In this document: piece by piece, positions 52,843 to 64,000 of the stretch
Numbering within the stretch: position 1 is the first letter of the stretch
How the letters are laid out: every line of letters starts with the position of its first letter
Translations under genes and position numbers: made by a program
NCBI GenBank assembly: GCA_001643675.2
Contig: LSRY02000027.1
Span: 744,001-808,000, forward strand
Length of the DNA stretch: 64,000 nt
Direction of reading: 5' to 3'
Source: Monocercomonoides exilis PA203
Lineage: Eukaryota > Protista > Preaxostyla
The notes under the pieces: model-generated
The model's database searches: none
What the model was told of the DNA's origin: nothing
The model's input: only the letters and a program-made list of their open reading frames with translations

Positions 52843-53954
52843 ATTTCAAAAATAATCACCCAAATAATAAAAAAAAGCTCCAGATGTTTGTATAGGGTCA
52901 ACTTTTTAATGGGACTTTTTCCCTTATTGGCACTTTTTTTGTTTTTGACTGCCAACTTTCAACAAACGTTGATTGGCTTTCAGTACTTCAAAAAACCTTT
53001 TTTTACAAGTTTAACACAATTTATTTACAGTTTGTTTTTTAATTTTTGCTTATTACACATTGAGAAATTACGTTTTTTTGTTAAATTTGAACGGACTTTT
53101 ACCAGCCAACTAGGCAACGTCCAAGAAATTGGATACATGTTTTGAATAGCAAATACTATTATCTAACCACTTTTAAATTCTTTATTTTCATAAACACTTT
53201 TTTCTTGTTTTTTTCACATTTCATTTTTTTAACAATATTCTAACATAAAACCGATTATTTCTTTGTTCATATAATGAAATGAAAAAAATAAAAATTTGAT
53301 ATGAAAAACAAATAGTCCAATAATAAAGTGTTGGAAAAATGAAACATTTATTTTTTCTATTTATCTAAAACGGACAAATGGCGCTAACTAAAATAATCGA
53401 TGATCAAGTTTTTGTAAAAAAGTTAAGTTCTTGACAAATGGAAAAAATTAATGTTTCATTTTTCCAACACTTTATTATTGGACTATTTGTTTTTCATATC
53501 AAATTTTTATTTTTTTCATTTCATTATATGAACAAAGAAATAATCGGTTTTATGTTAGAATATTGTTAAAAAAATGAAATGTGAAAAAAACAAGAAAAAA
53601 GTGTTTATGAAAATAAAGAATTTAAAAGTGGTTAGATAATAGTATTTGCTATTCAAAACATGTATCCAATTTCTTGGACGTTGCCTAGTTGGCTGGTAAA
53701 AGTCCGTTCAAATTTAACAAAAAAACGTAATTTCTCAATGTGTAATAAGCAAAAATTAAAAAACAAACTGTAAATAAATTGTGTTAAACTTGTAAAAAAA
53801 GGTTTTTTGAAGTACTGAAAGCCAATCAACGTTTGTTGAAAGTTGGCAGTCAAAAACAAAAAAAGTGCCAATAAGGGAAAAAGTCCCATTAAAAAGTTGA
53901 CCCTATACAAACATCTGGAGCTTTTTTTATTATTTGGGTGATTATTTTTGAAAT

Positions 53955-53988
<34 letters not shown>

Positions 53989-54001
53989 GGGATGTTGATT
54001 T
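52782..54001. mobile_element. ~1.2-kb palindrome (~560-bp near-perfect inverted arms); candidate foldback/MITE-like non-autonomous element
   Basis: Arms 52782-53348 and 53450-54001 are reverse complements, differing visibly only in homopolymer lengths; imperfect pairing continues ~30 bp inward. AACA flanks both ends (52778-81, 54002-05). The inverted repeat is certain; mobility is inferred. Confidence 0.65.
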
Positions 54002-54230
54002 AACAAAGAATGTTTGTTTTTTGAAAGAAAATTCTTATTCAAAAAAGAAAAAGCATGATAATTGTTTTCATATACAAATGTTATGATAAAACAAAAGATA
54101 AAAATGATTTGAATAAGCCTTTTCACTCTTCAGTGTTCTTTTATTATTATTCGAGAGATATTTTTGAACCGAAGTTTTTGAATGTTGTAATATGATTTCA
54201 AAAATAATTATCCATTTATTTTTTTTTAAA

Positions 54231-54477
54231 ATATGTCTAAATTTTTTAAAAAGTTCCTTTTATTAAATTTTCAAATAAAATAAAATTTTCATATATCGAT
54301 CAAATTTCAGTTCTCACTCACGAAACTTCACTAAAATGGAAATATTAACATTGTTAAGATTTTATTTCCATTTTTATGAAATTTCGTGTTTGAGAACCGA
54401 AATTTGATCGATATATGAAATTTTTATTTTATTTGAAAATTAAACAAAAGGAATTTTTCAAAAAAATTTAGACATAT
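54231..54477. repeat. ~247-bp imperfect palindrome (MITE-like hairpin)
   Basis: ATATGTCTAAATTTTTT...TTTCATATATCGATCAAATTTC...TTAACA T TGTTAA...GAAATTTGATCGATATATGAAA...AAAAAATTTAGACATAT, centred near 54351. Confidence 0.85.
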
Positions 54478-54830
54478 CTCATAAAGAATAAAAAAAATAA
54501 TCAAAACTAGAATGAAATAGGATAGAATTCTTTCATTTATGAAAAATTCAACAATTGTTTAAACTTTTTTCAATCGAATAATTATAATCTCTGACATTCA
54601 CAAGCAAAAAAGAAGAAAAATAATAAAAAATTGAGAAAATTATAAGTAAAAAAAAGAGTGGAACAAAATACACAAGTTAAAAATTTTGTCCCATATCAAA
54701 AAGAATCAACTAAATTATCTAATATGTCAATCAAAAATGTTTTATTATTAAACATAATGTAATATAAGAAAAATAAAAATAAATTAACAAATAAATAAAA
54801 AGAATTTCTGTGCTTTAACATTCGTAGTAC

Positions 54831-56265
54831 TTAATCGTCAAAAACATTTACTAAATAATCTTCAACATTCAACGAAAATAAACGATCATAATTTCTTTGA
54901 AAAAATTCTAAAGTTTCATGAAAGCTTGCAATGATATCTTCGTATCCTTCTTCTTCCATCTTTTCTAATATCTTCTTTTTTGCTATCTTTCTTTTCGCTT
55001 CTTCCATTTCATCAAACTCTTTTATTTTCGATCGTATTAAAATATAGAAGAAGAATTCCAAGTAATCAAATGTTACTCTTTCGTTCAACGTTGGTTGCTG
55101 AATCTCCACCAAAACGTTATCAACAGCTCCACTTTCCAGCAAGGCATCAACCTTCATAGCTCTATTTTCAGTTGCTTCTTTAAATAAATAAATGCACCAG
55201 TTGCTTGCTTCTCTGTGATTATCCTTCGCAGACCTAAATATTTGAATAAGGCTGCTGATAAGTCCATCAAATTCTTCATTCGTCGATATATTCGTTTGAA
55301 AGAAACCGAAAATTGAAGAAAGCCATCTCAATAAAACAAGCTCTTCTTTCGTTTCTTTTTCTTCTTTCTCCGCTTTCTTCGCTCTCCTCCAATTCACAGT
55401 GTTCATCAGCTCATCCAATTCTCTTGCTGCCTCTCTTGCGAAATGCAGTTCATTCACGATGGCTTCATAGCTTTTATCAGTGTCCAATCTGTAAATTAAA
55501 AACTCCCAAGCAGATTGATAGGCAAGTTTTGTTAGAGTTCTGTGTTCCTGATGATATTTGATGATTTCTTTGATTTTATTCGTTAACAATTCTCTTTTCA
55601 CTTCCTATACAAAAAATAAGAAAAAATTAATAAATCAAAAATGAAAAAGAAGCGCTCAAACATAAAATACTGGAATGTTGCTCAATGCCAAAAGTGCCAT
55701 TTCCACTTCTTTTTGAGTCTCCTCGTCTTCCGCTTTCTTCAATGCAACATTCAGAAGACAAGGAACAATAATTGAAACCAATTCAGAAGAAAGTTCATTG
55801 TTGAGTAAAGCATTGCACTCGCATATATCAACAAGAAGTTTTTCATTCTTTTCTCCTTTTTTCTCATTTTCATCAATGATCATTTTTTCATATGTTTTGC
55901 TCAACGAAGAAAATTTATATTCCTCTGTCCATAAAAAATTCACCATTTTGAAATACCCAACATGTTTCAGCAAGAATAATGCATTTTCCATCGAAAGTTT
56001 CTCTTCTTCAATCATTTTGAGTATTTTATTGAACAGTTCTGTTGTGTAAACATATTCAATTTCTTCTTTATCCATTTCTTCCATCAATTCATTCATTTCT
56101 TCGATTTTCTGTTTTTGCCCATCTTCATCGCAATGCTCCAGTTCACAAAACAATACTAAAAAAAAAAATAAAAAAAAAATCGCAACTATCATGAATTCGA
56201 ATTCGACAATAGCACAAACCATTGAACCATTCAGTTCCACTCGTTGTCTGTATTTTTGAAAGCAT
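54831..56265 (-). CDS. Multigene-family hypothetical protein, copy C (~437 aa, ARM/HEAT-like helical)
   Basis: Exons 56265-56220, 56155-55662, 55604-54831; N-terminus MLSKIQTTSGTEWFNVLFCELE; intron 2 identical to that of copy B. Confidence 0.82.
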
Positions 56266-56625
56266 ATTGCAGGCAGAAAACAATGAATATTCGTCATTCG
56301 AAAAGAATCCGCACATCATTGGAAAGAAGAAAATTGTGCAAAATATAAACTCAAAACAACCATGAAAATATAAGTTGTTATACCATTCAAAATTATTGGT
56401 ATTATTTGGCAAGGTGTTACTAAGAAAGAAAGAAAAAACGATAAATCTTTTTTCTTGTTTGCAGTAATGGATATTCAGATCATCAGAATTGAATAAACAA
56501 AAATAGTCCTTGTTGAAATGAGAGAACGGTGAGCGGATATTTTCTACAGAGCAGGCGATATTATTATGAGTGGCTGCGGAAGGCAATGATGGATACGCAT
56601 CAATGATGGAATGGGGCGAGATGAT
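56266..56625 (-). repeat. Conserved 5' non-coding block of family copy C (paralogous to 23215-23575)
   Basis: Direct alignment of the reverse complement with the region upstream of copy B. Confidence 0.85.
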
Positions 56626-56629
56626 TTTT

Positions 56630-57977
56630 ATGAAAAGCATCTTTGAAGAAAGTTCATTTTCCAAAATATCATATGAAAAATGTAATGTGTGCATTTTTTA
56701 TTATTCTTGTTCATTTTAAAGATGCTTCCCTCTGTGGCCTTCTCAGAGTGCAAGAATCTGATAAATTATATAAATGGTCATTCCTTTGCTTTTCTGAGGA
56801 GATCATAAGAAGAGAGCTATGCCGAGAGACAATCAGTAGATGGGAATTGCAAATTTTTTGTATTCAATCGGGAGAGGGGATGAAAATAAATTCAATTTCA
56901 AAGCATTTGGAAGAGAGGGGAAATTGAAGAAGAATGCCAACAATTGGACAGCTCTTGGAAAGAATAGAATTCGGAGATATTTTTTTCAGGAAAAAAATTG
57001 GATGACAACATTGAAAGCAGGATATTTATGTGGGAATAAAGGATGATGGAGAAAGGAGCACCTTGAAACAATGGAAAAGGAGATTAGCTGCTTCAGTGAT
57101 TGAACAATCCTCCACATTTGCGATAGGGAGGGCATGTGTGTTTTTTTGAGGAATTTTTAAAATCAATGTTATACCAATTCTTATTTTTTTAATATTTTTA
57201 ATCTTTTTTCCATTCCAACCAACAGTTTTTATTACGATGAGCGTCATTCTCAGAGACAATTTATTTTATGCAGCATTTTTGCAGCTAATGTGATTTCTTC
57301 TCCTTCTCCTCCGATCTCTTCATTGACGAGATTTTTTTAACTTGGCTGATGAAAAGAGACCTTCTTCGTATTTGAGAATTTGTTGTTTGAATTACCATCA
57401 TATTCTCGTGTTGCAACACGGAATGGATCTTCCGTATGTTGTTGCTATTGGCTATTATGAAATTCGTATCTGTCAATTATGCCTTCATTTTCTTCAGATG
57501 AGTCTAATTTCCTTTGTCGCCCAGCTCGTCCAAAAAGAACAATTGAACTCAATTAATATCATTTCAAAATCACATTCTCTTTCTTCTTTTGTTCTTTTGT
57601 TCTTTCTTCATTCCTACCACAAGAATTTTGTTTGTGAAAGCAGTCATTGTGTTGAATTCTTATCATTCAGCACAAGCTTCATCATCATCTTCTTCTTCGC
57701 CTTCTTCAACTTCTCTTTCTTCTATTTCTCCGAAATTTTCATCATCATCATCATCATCATCATCATCTTCTTCTTCTTCTTCTTCTTCTTCTTCATCTTC
57801 TTCTTCTTCTTCTTCATCTTCTTCATCTTCCTCCTCATCTTATTCCTCTCTCTTTTCTTTTTGTTTGCTGTTTTGTTACTTCTAATCTGTCATCATCTTC
57901 CCATGTATTTTATAATAAGCTTATAAGAACATTCTCATTCGGAGAAATGAAAATGCAAGATTCAATTTATCCTTTAG
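56630..57977 (+). pseudogene. Possible decayed 5' part (end of WD40 / linker) of PAN2
   Basis: Stop-riddled fragments: LHICDREGMCVF* (~57110; cf. PAN2 LAFGDSEGCVHLW) and SYLSIMPS...RPARPKRTIEL (~57465-57550; cf. LLSDWP...RRAPPVD). The poly-Ser run at 57680-57840 is out of frame with the downstream ORF. Confidence 0.35.
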
Positions 57978-58119
57978 CAATATTCAGCACATTTCACTCC
58001 TTCTTCTATAAATAACATTAATTCTTCTTCACCTTCTTTTTCTTCTTCTTCAAATGCTTATCATCACCTCCTTTATCACTTTCTTCCTCTGCTATTAACG
58101 AAGCACAGATCGCAACAAA

Positions 58120-58150
<31 letters not shown>

Positions 58151-60101
58151 TTCTTCTTCTTCTTCATCTTCCCCTTCTTCTTCTCCTGTTATTTCACAAA
58201 CAATTACCTCATCATCATCATCATCATCTTCTTCTTCTTCTTCCTCTTCCTCTTCCTCTTCTTCCATCGATTCCTCAAACGTTGAAACTTCTTCTTTCAA
58301 AGAGCCTGCTTCAATGCAATCACGTCAAACTGACTTTCTATTGGATCAAAAGCCTTTTTCTTCCTCTCTTCCTTCTTCTTCTTCTTTCCCATCTTTCACT
58401 TCTTCTTCTTCTTCTTCTTCTTCTCCCTCTTCTCCCTCTTCTCCCTCTTCTCCCTCTTCTCCCTCTTCTCCCTCTTCTCCCTCTTCTCCCTCTTCTCCCT
58501 CTTCTTCCTCTTCTCCTTCCTCCAATTCTTTCTTTCTCTCTCTCCTCTGCCAAGCGCCTCTCCCTTCCTTCGACCACTCACTCCCTCACTCTTCTTTGCA
58601 TTCTTTTCTTCTGATGCTCTTTTTCTCTCCCGTCTTTCGTGCTGCTTCTTCTCTTCACTTCTGCTTCAACCGCTCTTGCGTCTTCTGCATCGTCCGGATG
58701 ATATTCGCTAATGTTGTTGTGCTGTGGGAAGAAAACTTGAAGAAACAAATGGAAAAAATGAGAAATAAAAAGAAAAATTTGAGTTTGACTTCAAAATCAT
58801 CATCATTATCTTCCTCCTCTACCTCCTCTACCTCTTCTTCTTCTTCTCTTTCTTCCTCTCAATCTCCTTCCTTCCATCCTGTCTTCAATCCCTTGCCTGA
58901 AATCACCAGCAGTTCTTTCTCTCCTGTTTTGTCTGACCATTCTTCTGATTCATCGCCTGAACAAAAAACAAAACCAGCAAAATCTTCTTCAGCTGACATA
59001 CAAACATCAGAAGTTGCAGTTGCTTCAAACAATCAAACATTTGCTCGTCCTTCTAAATCGAGTTCATCATCATCATCATCATCATCAATTTCTTCTTCTT
59101 CTCCTTCGTTTTCTTCATTACCCCCTTCCTCCTCTCCTTCTTCTTCCTCCTCCTCCTCATCTTCTTCTTCCTCTGAAGATTTGTGGGAAAAGCTGAGAAC
59201 GCAACGAGTTGTCTCAACAAAAGACCTGACGATGATGCTGACGAACATCATCCGATATAAGCAGAGGATGAAAAGGCTGATAGCAATGAAGAAGGAGAAA
59301 GAGAAGGAGAAAGAGAAGGAGAAAGAGAAAGAGAAGGAGAAAGAGAAGAACAAAGAGAGAGAAAGAGAGAAAGAAAAAGAAATAGAGGAGAAAAAGAAAA
59401 CAAAAGATAATATTTCTGAAGAGGAAGAGGAAAAAGAAGAAAGAGAAGAAGCAAGCAAAGAAGAAGAAAAAGACATGTTTGAAGCAGAAATGATGGAAGA
59501 GTGGGAAGAATATGCGAAAGAGAAGAGCGAAGACGAAGCTGAAGAAAGAAACGTTCAACAGCATTTGGCCAGGTTTCTTGCAAGAAATTCAGCAGAAATT
59601 CAATTAGAGAAGCAAAATGACTCAGAAAAAGGGAATAAATTCGGTGCAAACAGTGAAAATCACAGGAAAAACGAAAAATTGAATGGGAGAAAGAAAGAAA
59701 AAAGAGGAGGAGGAGGAGGAGGACGAGGAGGGGATAAAGATGAAAAAGATAAAGATAAAGAAGGAGAAGGAGAAGAAACAACAGAAGAAGAAGAAGAAAC
59801 CCAGATCAAATCTGACAATTCCGCCATGAAGAGGCTTCTGTGTGAAGGAGACCCTCTTCCTCTCTCTCTCTTCCAGCTGAGCGCCCTTTACACGCGTCTC
59901 CGCAAAGAATGCATCATTCAGCAGCTCCTCAGCAGAGTCGATGAGGTTGACTCAGTGAGTGTGGAGATGAGGCAGATGGCGATGTGGAATTGCGCTATTA
60001 ACTGCTCTTGTTCTGGTTCTTGTTCTTGTTCTGCTTCTAATTCTTCAAATTCTTCTTCCTCCTCTTCTGTTTCAAATTCTTCTATTTCTTCCACTTCAAC
60101 C

Positions 60102-60133
<32 letters not shown>

Positions 60134-63100
60134 TTCTTCTTCTTCTTCTTCTTTTCAACCGGAAAAGCACTTCCACCACAATGAATTGTCTTCACTTTCA
60201 TTTTCCTCTTCCTTCCATCCATCTCCTTGTTTCCTCACTGCCACCCAATTGGCAATGCGGTTGATTCTTCAGCAGCTTCATTGGGACTCCCTCTCCCTCA
60301 AAGACTTACGAGCCATCAATTCATACGTCTGCAGGCATTCAGTGAATGTTGATGGATCTTTGAATAAAAGAAAGAAATCACAAAATGAAAAGAAAACGAA
60401 TGAAGAAATTGATAATTCTTTGAATAAATCAGACACATCTTCTTCTGATTCGCCAACAAAAACTGATTCTTCTTCAATAAAAAACCACAAAAATCACTTC
60501 GAATTTCCATCTCTTTTACCTTCTTCTTGCTCCTCTTTGAACGACCCTTTACCAAAGCCTTCATTTTTGGATGTGTTTGTCCCTTCCTTTGTGGAGCAAT
60601 GGTCGTCGCGCCTTTCTTTTCCATCTGTCGAACCGACTCAGCTTCCTCTCTTCTGCACTCACATTTCATTCGGAAGGGAAAGAAATTCATGTCAAGAGTT
60701 ATCTTCTTCTTCTTCTCCTTCTTCTTGTTCTTCTTCCTCATCTCCTTCTTCTTTTTCTTTCCCTTCGTTTCCTCAATCATCTCCTCTGCCTGCTCTTCTC
60801 TTTGTATCTATTGCTTCGCAACCTTCTTCTTCTTCTTCTTCTTCTTCTTCTTCAAACAATCCCTATAGCATTCCTTTTGATCCTTCAACTATTCCTCCTT
60901 CATTCATCATTGACCACACTCTTTATTCTTTGACTGCCATCGTCTCTAACGTTGTGGAGCACGATGATGAGATGAATGATAATCCTTCTTCTTCCTGTTG
61001 CATTGAAAAAACAGACAGAAATTTCATTGAAACGAAGGGGAATGCTTGCAATACAAACAAAAAGGAAGAAAGCAATAAAGCAATAGAAGTGAAGGAAGAG
61101 AATAAAGAAGATGAGGAAATGATCGATGATGACAAACAAAAGGTGCTTCATGTTCGGTTCAAAACTGAAGCAGATGCAGATTCATTTGATGAATCAACAC
61201 ATTCCAATTCTTCTTCTGCATCATCATCTGCAACTTCTTCTCCCTCTTCTCCCTCTTCTCCCTCTTCTCCCTCTTCTCCCTCTTCTTCTTCTTCTTCTTC
61301 TTCTTCAACTTCACCCGCTTCTGCTTCAGAATCTGATTTGCCTTCACTCACATCACTTCATTCAATAACTCCCGAATACACAACACGAATAGAGCACTTC
61401 ATTCTTCACACTCTCATTTCGCCTGATTTAGTTCCATTTCCCGATTCTCCTTCAAAAACATCATCTTCATCATCATCTTCTTCTTCTTCTTCTTCAATTT
61501 CTTCTGCTTTTTCTTCTTCTCAACCAGCAAATTCTTCAGACTCATCTCCATCAATCCCATCAAATCCATTGCAAATGGGCTCTCTAAAGCAATTCAAGTC
61601 ACATCCAACTTCTCTTCCATTATCTGAATCTGCCTCTTCTTTCGCTCCATCTTCTATGCACTTCAGTCCACAGTGGTTTGTTGTGAACCAGACATTGATT
61701 GCTCCTTCTCGTTCATCTGCTTTGGATTTTTCAGCTCCAGCACAAAAATGGCGTGTTCCAGTGCTTCTTCTTTACACACAGCACAAATATTCGCTTTTTA
61801 ATCCATCTTCTTCTTCTTCTTCTTCTTCTTCTTCAATGATCCCTCGTTCTCTGCTGCTCCCTTCTCCTTCCCTGTCAATTCATTCTCTTTATACCACGGC
61901 TCGTGTCGTATGCAGTCAACTTCTGAATATTCTGATCATTTCTCAACATCCATTCAAAGTGCATCAAAGGAAGAAAGAGTTAGCAATCTCGAAAATGTCA
62001 AGAAGAGAAGAAGATGAAGTTAATAAAGGACTTGAAAAAGTTAAATACAAATACACAAAAGAATCAAACGAAAATCGAAGAAAATTTGAAAAAGAAGGAG
62101 AAAATGCAAAATTTCCAATGAAGAATTCTTCTTCATCAAAAGGAGCAGCAGCAACGCCAAATGCAATTTCATCACTAAAGCATTTAACTTGGAGATGGTT
62201 AGAAGAACAATCTTCGTCGATATCTTCTTCTCTATGCACTTCAGCCTCTTCAACCGCATCTTGGTTCTCAATGCTTTCTCTTCTTCCCCACACCCCTTTT
62301 CCTTCTTATCGGCAGCTTTCTTTCTTCTTTGCTGAGCAGCTCATATCTCCCTCTGCAGGCAAGTATTCTTTGCCACCGGAGGCGCTTTTGCCTGAAAAAG
62401 GGGATTTCATTGGGATTGACTGTGAAAGTGTTATTCTCAACAGCAACGCTTTAGGAATCACATTGCCATTCAATTGGATTGCACACACAGAGCAAACATC
62501 AACAGATTTGAAGAATACTTCAAATGAGAAAGCACCTTCAAAAATAGTTTCCACAGAAATGAAAGAGAATGATAGTGAAAATTCATCGATTTTTTCAAAG
62601 AATACAATTTCTTTAATGCTTTCTAGGTATTTGGAAGCAAATCCAACAGTTCCTCTTTTTCCTCAAAAGAAAGTTGGAGATGGCTGGATTGTGTTCACTC
62701 CAAGGAAACGGAATGTGTTTGCATTTAAAGACACATTGGAACCATCATCATTGTCTGTTAATGCGCAGAAAAAGCTTTGTTCTCGCCCATTTGCACTTCC
62801 TAAATCGTTTCATGCTGCTTTCTTCTCTCCTTTCATTTCTGTTGTTGCATCGCCTGCTTATTCATCGCTTGTTTCTTCCTCTTCTTCTCTCACTTCATCA
62901 CTCAACATTCTGTCTTCTTTCCATTCAATGGGCAGAGTTAGCCTTGTGACATTTCTGAATCCTACCTCAGCATCATCAAAGCATTATGCAAGCAATCTTT
63001 CCAACACTTCATCTGCGTTTAGCTATTCATCTTCTTCAACATCTGTGCCTCTCACATCAACTAGCGTGAATTCCGTTTCTTCTTCATTTTCTCCTCTTCA

Positions 63101-64000
63101 ACCTCCTCCTCTTCCTTTGAAAGCACGAGTCATCAGTGATGTTCTTGTTACACACACTATTAACGATGTCACGGATTACTTGACATTTGTTTCTGGGCTA
63201 CAGAAAGAAATGATTGATGAAAAGCAGCAAAAGAAGGAAGCTGGCGTGAAGAATGAGATTGGAGGCGGAATCAGTATTTCTCATTCTCACAAAAATTCTG
63301 CTCCATCTTCTTCTGGTTTGCATGCAGATTCCGCTTCTTCAGATCAAAAGTTTTTCTCATTTGCAGCAGGGTCATCAGCAATGACTTCTTTTCCTCAAGA
63401 GTCTTCTTCAATGCCGAATCTTCTTCCCCCATCATCATCGCGCCTTCCTCTTCTTCATCGCTCTGAAGTTGTCACGTTTCTTCAGTTTCTTGTGTGGCGT
63501 GGCTGTGTGTTTGTTGGGCATGCTGTGAACGGAGATGTTAACCAGTGCTCAATCTCTCCTGCCCCATCGCGCACTGCAGATACAGTTATACTCCTGAGAC
63601 TTCCATTTCGCAGGTTTCTTTCACTGAAAGTGTTGTGCTTGTGTGTGTGTGGATGGACAATGCAGACTGCAGAGCACTCTTCGGCAATTGATGCGTGGGG
63701 CGCACTGGCACTTTGGTTGTTTTATGTTTGCGTTGTGGGGAGACAGAGATGGCTCAGGAAAACATTGAGTCTTACGAATTTAAATGAAACGATCTCTTCA
63801 ACAGGAAGCGAAGGCAAAGAAAGTTTAGGATTGGAAAATGCGACAGTGCTTAAACAATTTGAGCAAGATGGAAGGGCACACATAGGTTCTGCTCATCGAC
63901 CTTATCCTCATATTCCAAGCATCGATGAACGAAAACATCGGAATGAGGAATCATTTGGGTGGGAAGAATTGTGCGACTCACTATTTCAAACATTTTCAGC
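57978..64000 (+). CDS. PAN2: PAN2 poly(A) deadenylase catalytic subunit (USP-like pseudo-DUB + DEDDh exonuclease), 3' end beyond window
   Basis: Frame opens after TAG at 57975-77 (first ATG 58314) and no closed ORF in this frame is listed, so it runs off the window. USP-like: FDHSLPHSSLHSFLLMLFFSPVFR...HFCFNRSCVFCIVRMIF and QWFVVNQTLI...WRVPVLLLY. Nuclease: LPEKGDFIGIDCE (~62390-62425), MGRVSLV, VTDYLTFVSGL, FLVWRGCVFVGHAVNGD, DTVILLRLPFRRFLSLKVL, HSSAIDAWGALAL. Confidence 0.88.

Noticed and set aside
52840-54126. Two ORFs with identical C-termini (52840-53145 + and 53653-54126 -)
   Set aside because: By-products of the inverted repeat; Phe/Lys-rich AT-biased translation with no motif.
56143-56694. 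183-aa ORF extending upstream of family copy C
   Set aside because: Reads through the conserved upstream block and intron 1; the paralogous block at copy B has an in-frame stop (GACTATTAA), so it is treated as non-coding.
57342-57926. 194-aa ORF in frame with PAN2
   Set aside because: Reads the TCT/TCA repeat as poly-Phe/Ile and ends in stops before 57978; not a credible PAN2 N-terminus.
58420-58505. (CCCTCTTCT)n tandem array, also at ~61240-61285, considered as CRISPR-like or telomeric
   Set aside because: No spacers and not a telomere motif; it encodes (Pro-Ser-Ser)n within PAN2.
1-64000. Alternative genetic code (TAA/TAG = Gln) as in some oxymonads
   Set aside because: Multi-kb ORFs are open under the standard code, Gln uses CAA/CAG, and genes end at TAA, TAG and TGA.
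1-64000. tRNA, rRNA, CRISPR arrays, intact transposase or reverse transcriptase, prokaryotic operons
   Set aside because: None recognised by eye; small ncRNAs cannot be excluded without covariance-model searches.

Overview
Eukaryotic (protist) genomic DNA with short AT-rich spliceosomal introns, standard genetic code and extreme poly-Ser/EK low-complexity inflation of proteins. The overall style strongly suggests the oxymonad Monocercomonoides (inference, not verified). Reconstructed genes: a partial S/P/T-rich gene at the left edge; a ~5,470-aa PPP-family (PP5/PP7/PPEF-like) Ser/Thr phosphatase; three copies of an uncharacterised ~430-aa ARM-like multigene family sharing two intron positions (two copies also share ~350 bp of 5' non-coding DNA); two paralogous ~1,450-aa secretory membrane proteins (signal peptide + two kelch blocks + Cys-rich repeats + TM + an Erv41/Erv46-like two-TM module); a ~3,350-aa RMC1/Mic1 orthologue; a single-bromodomain+ET protein head-to-head with a cathepsin B; and a PAN2 deadenylase ORF (USP-like + DEDDh) that runs off the right edge, is absent from the ORF track, and has a decayed or missing WD40 N-terminus. 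The 51.3-54.8 kb intergenic region holds a cluster of inverted repeats, including a ~1.2-kb near-perfect palindrome. All homology calls are by-eye motif recognition; no searches were run.
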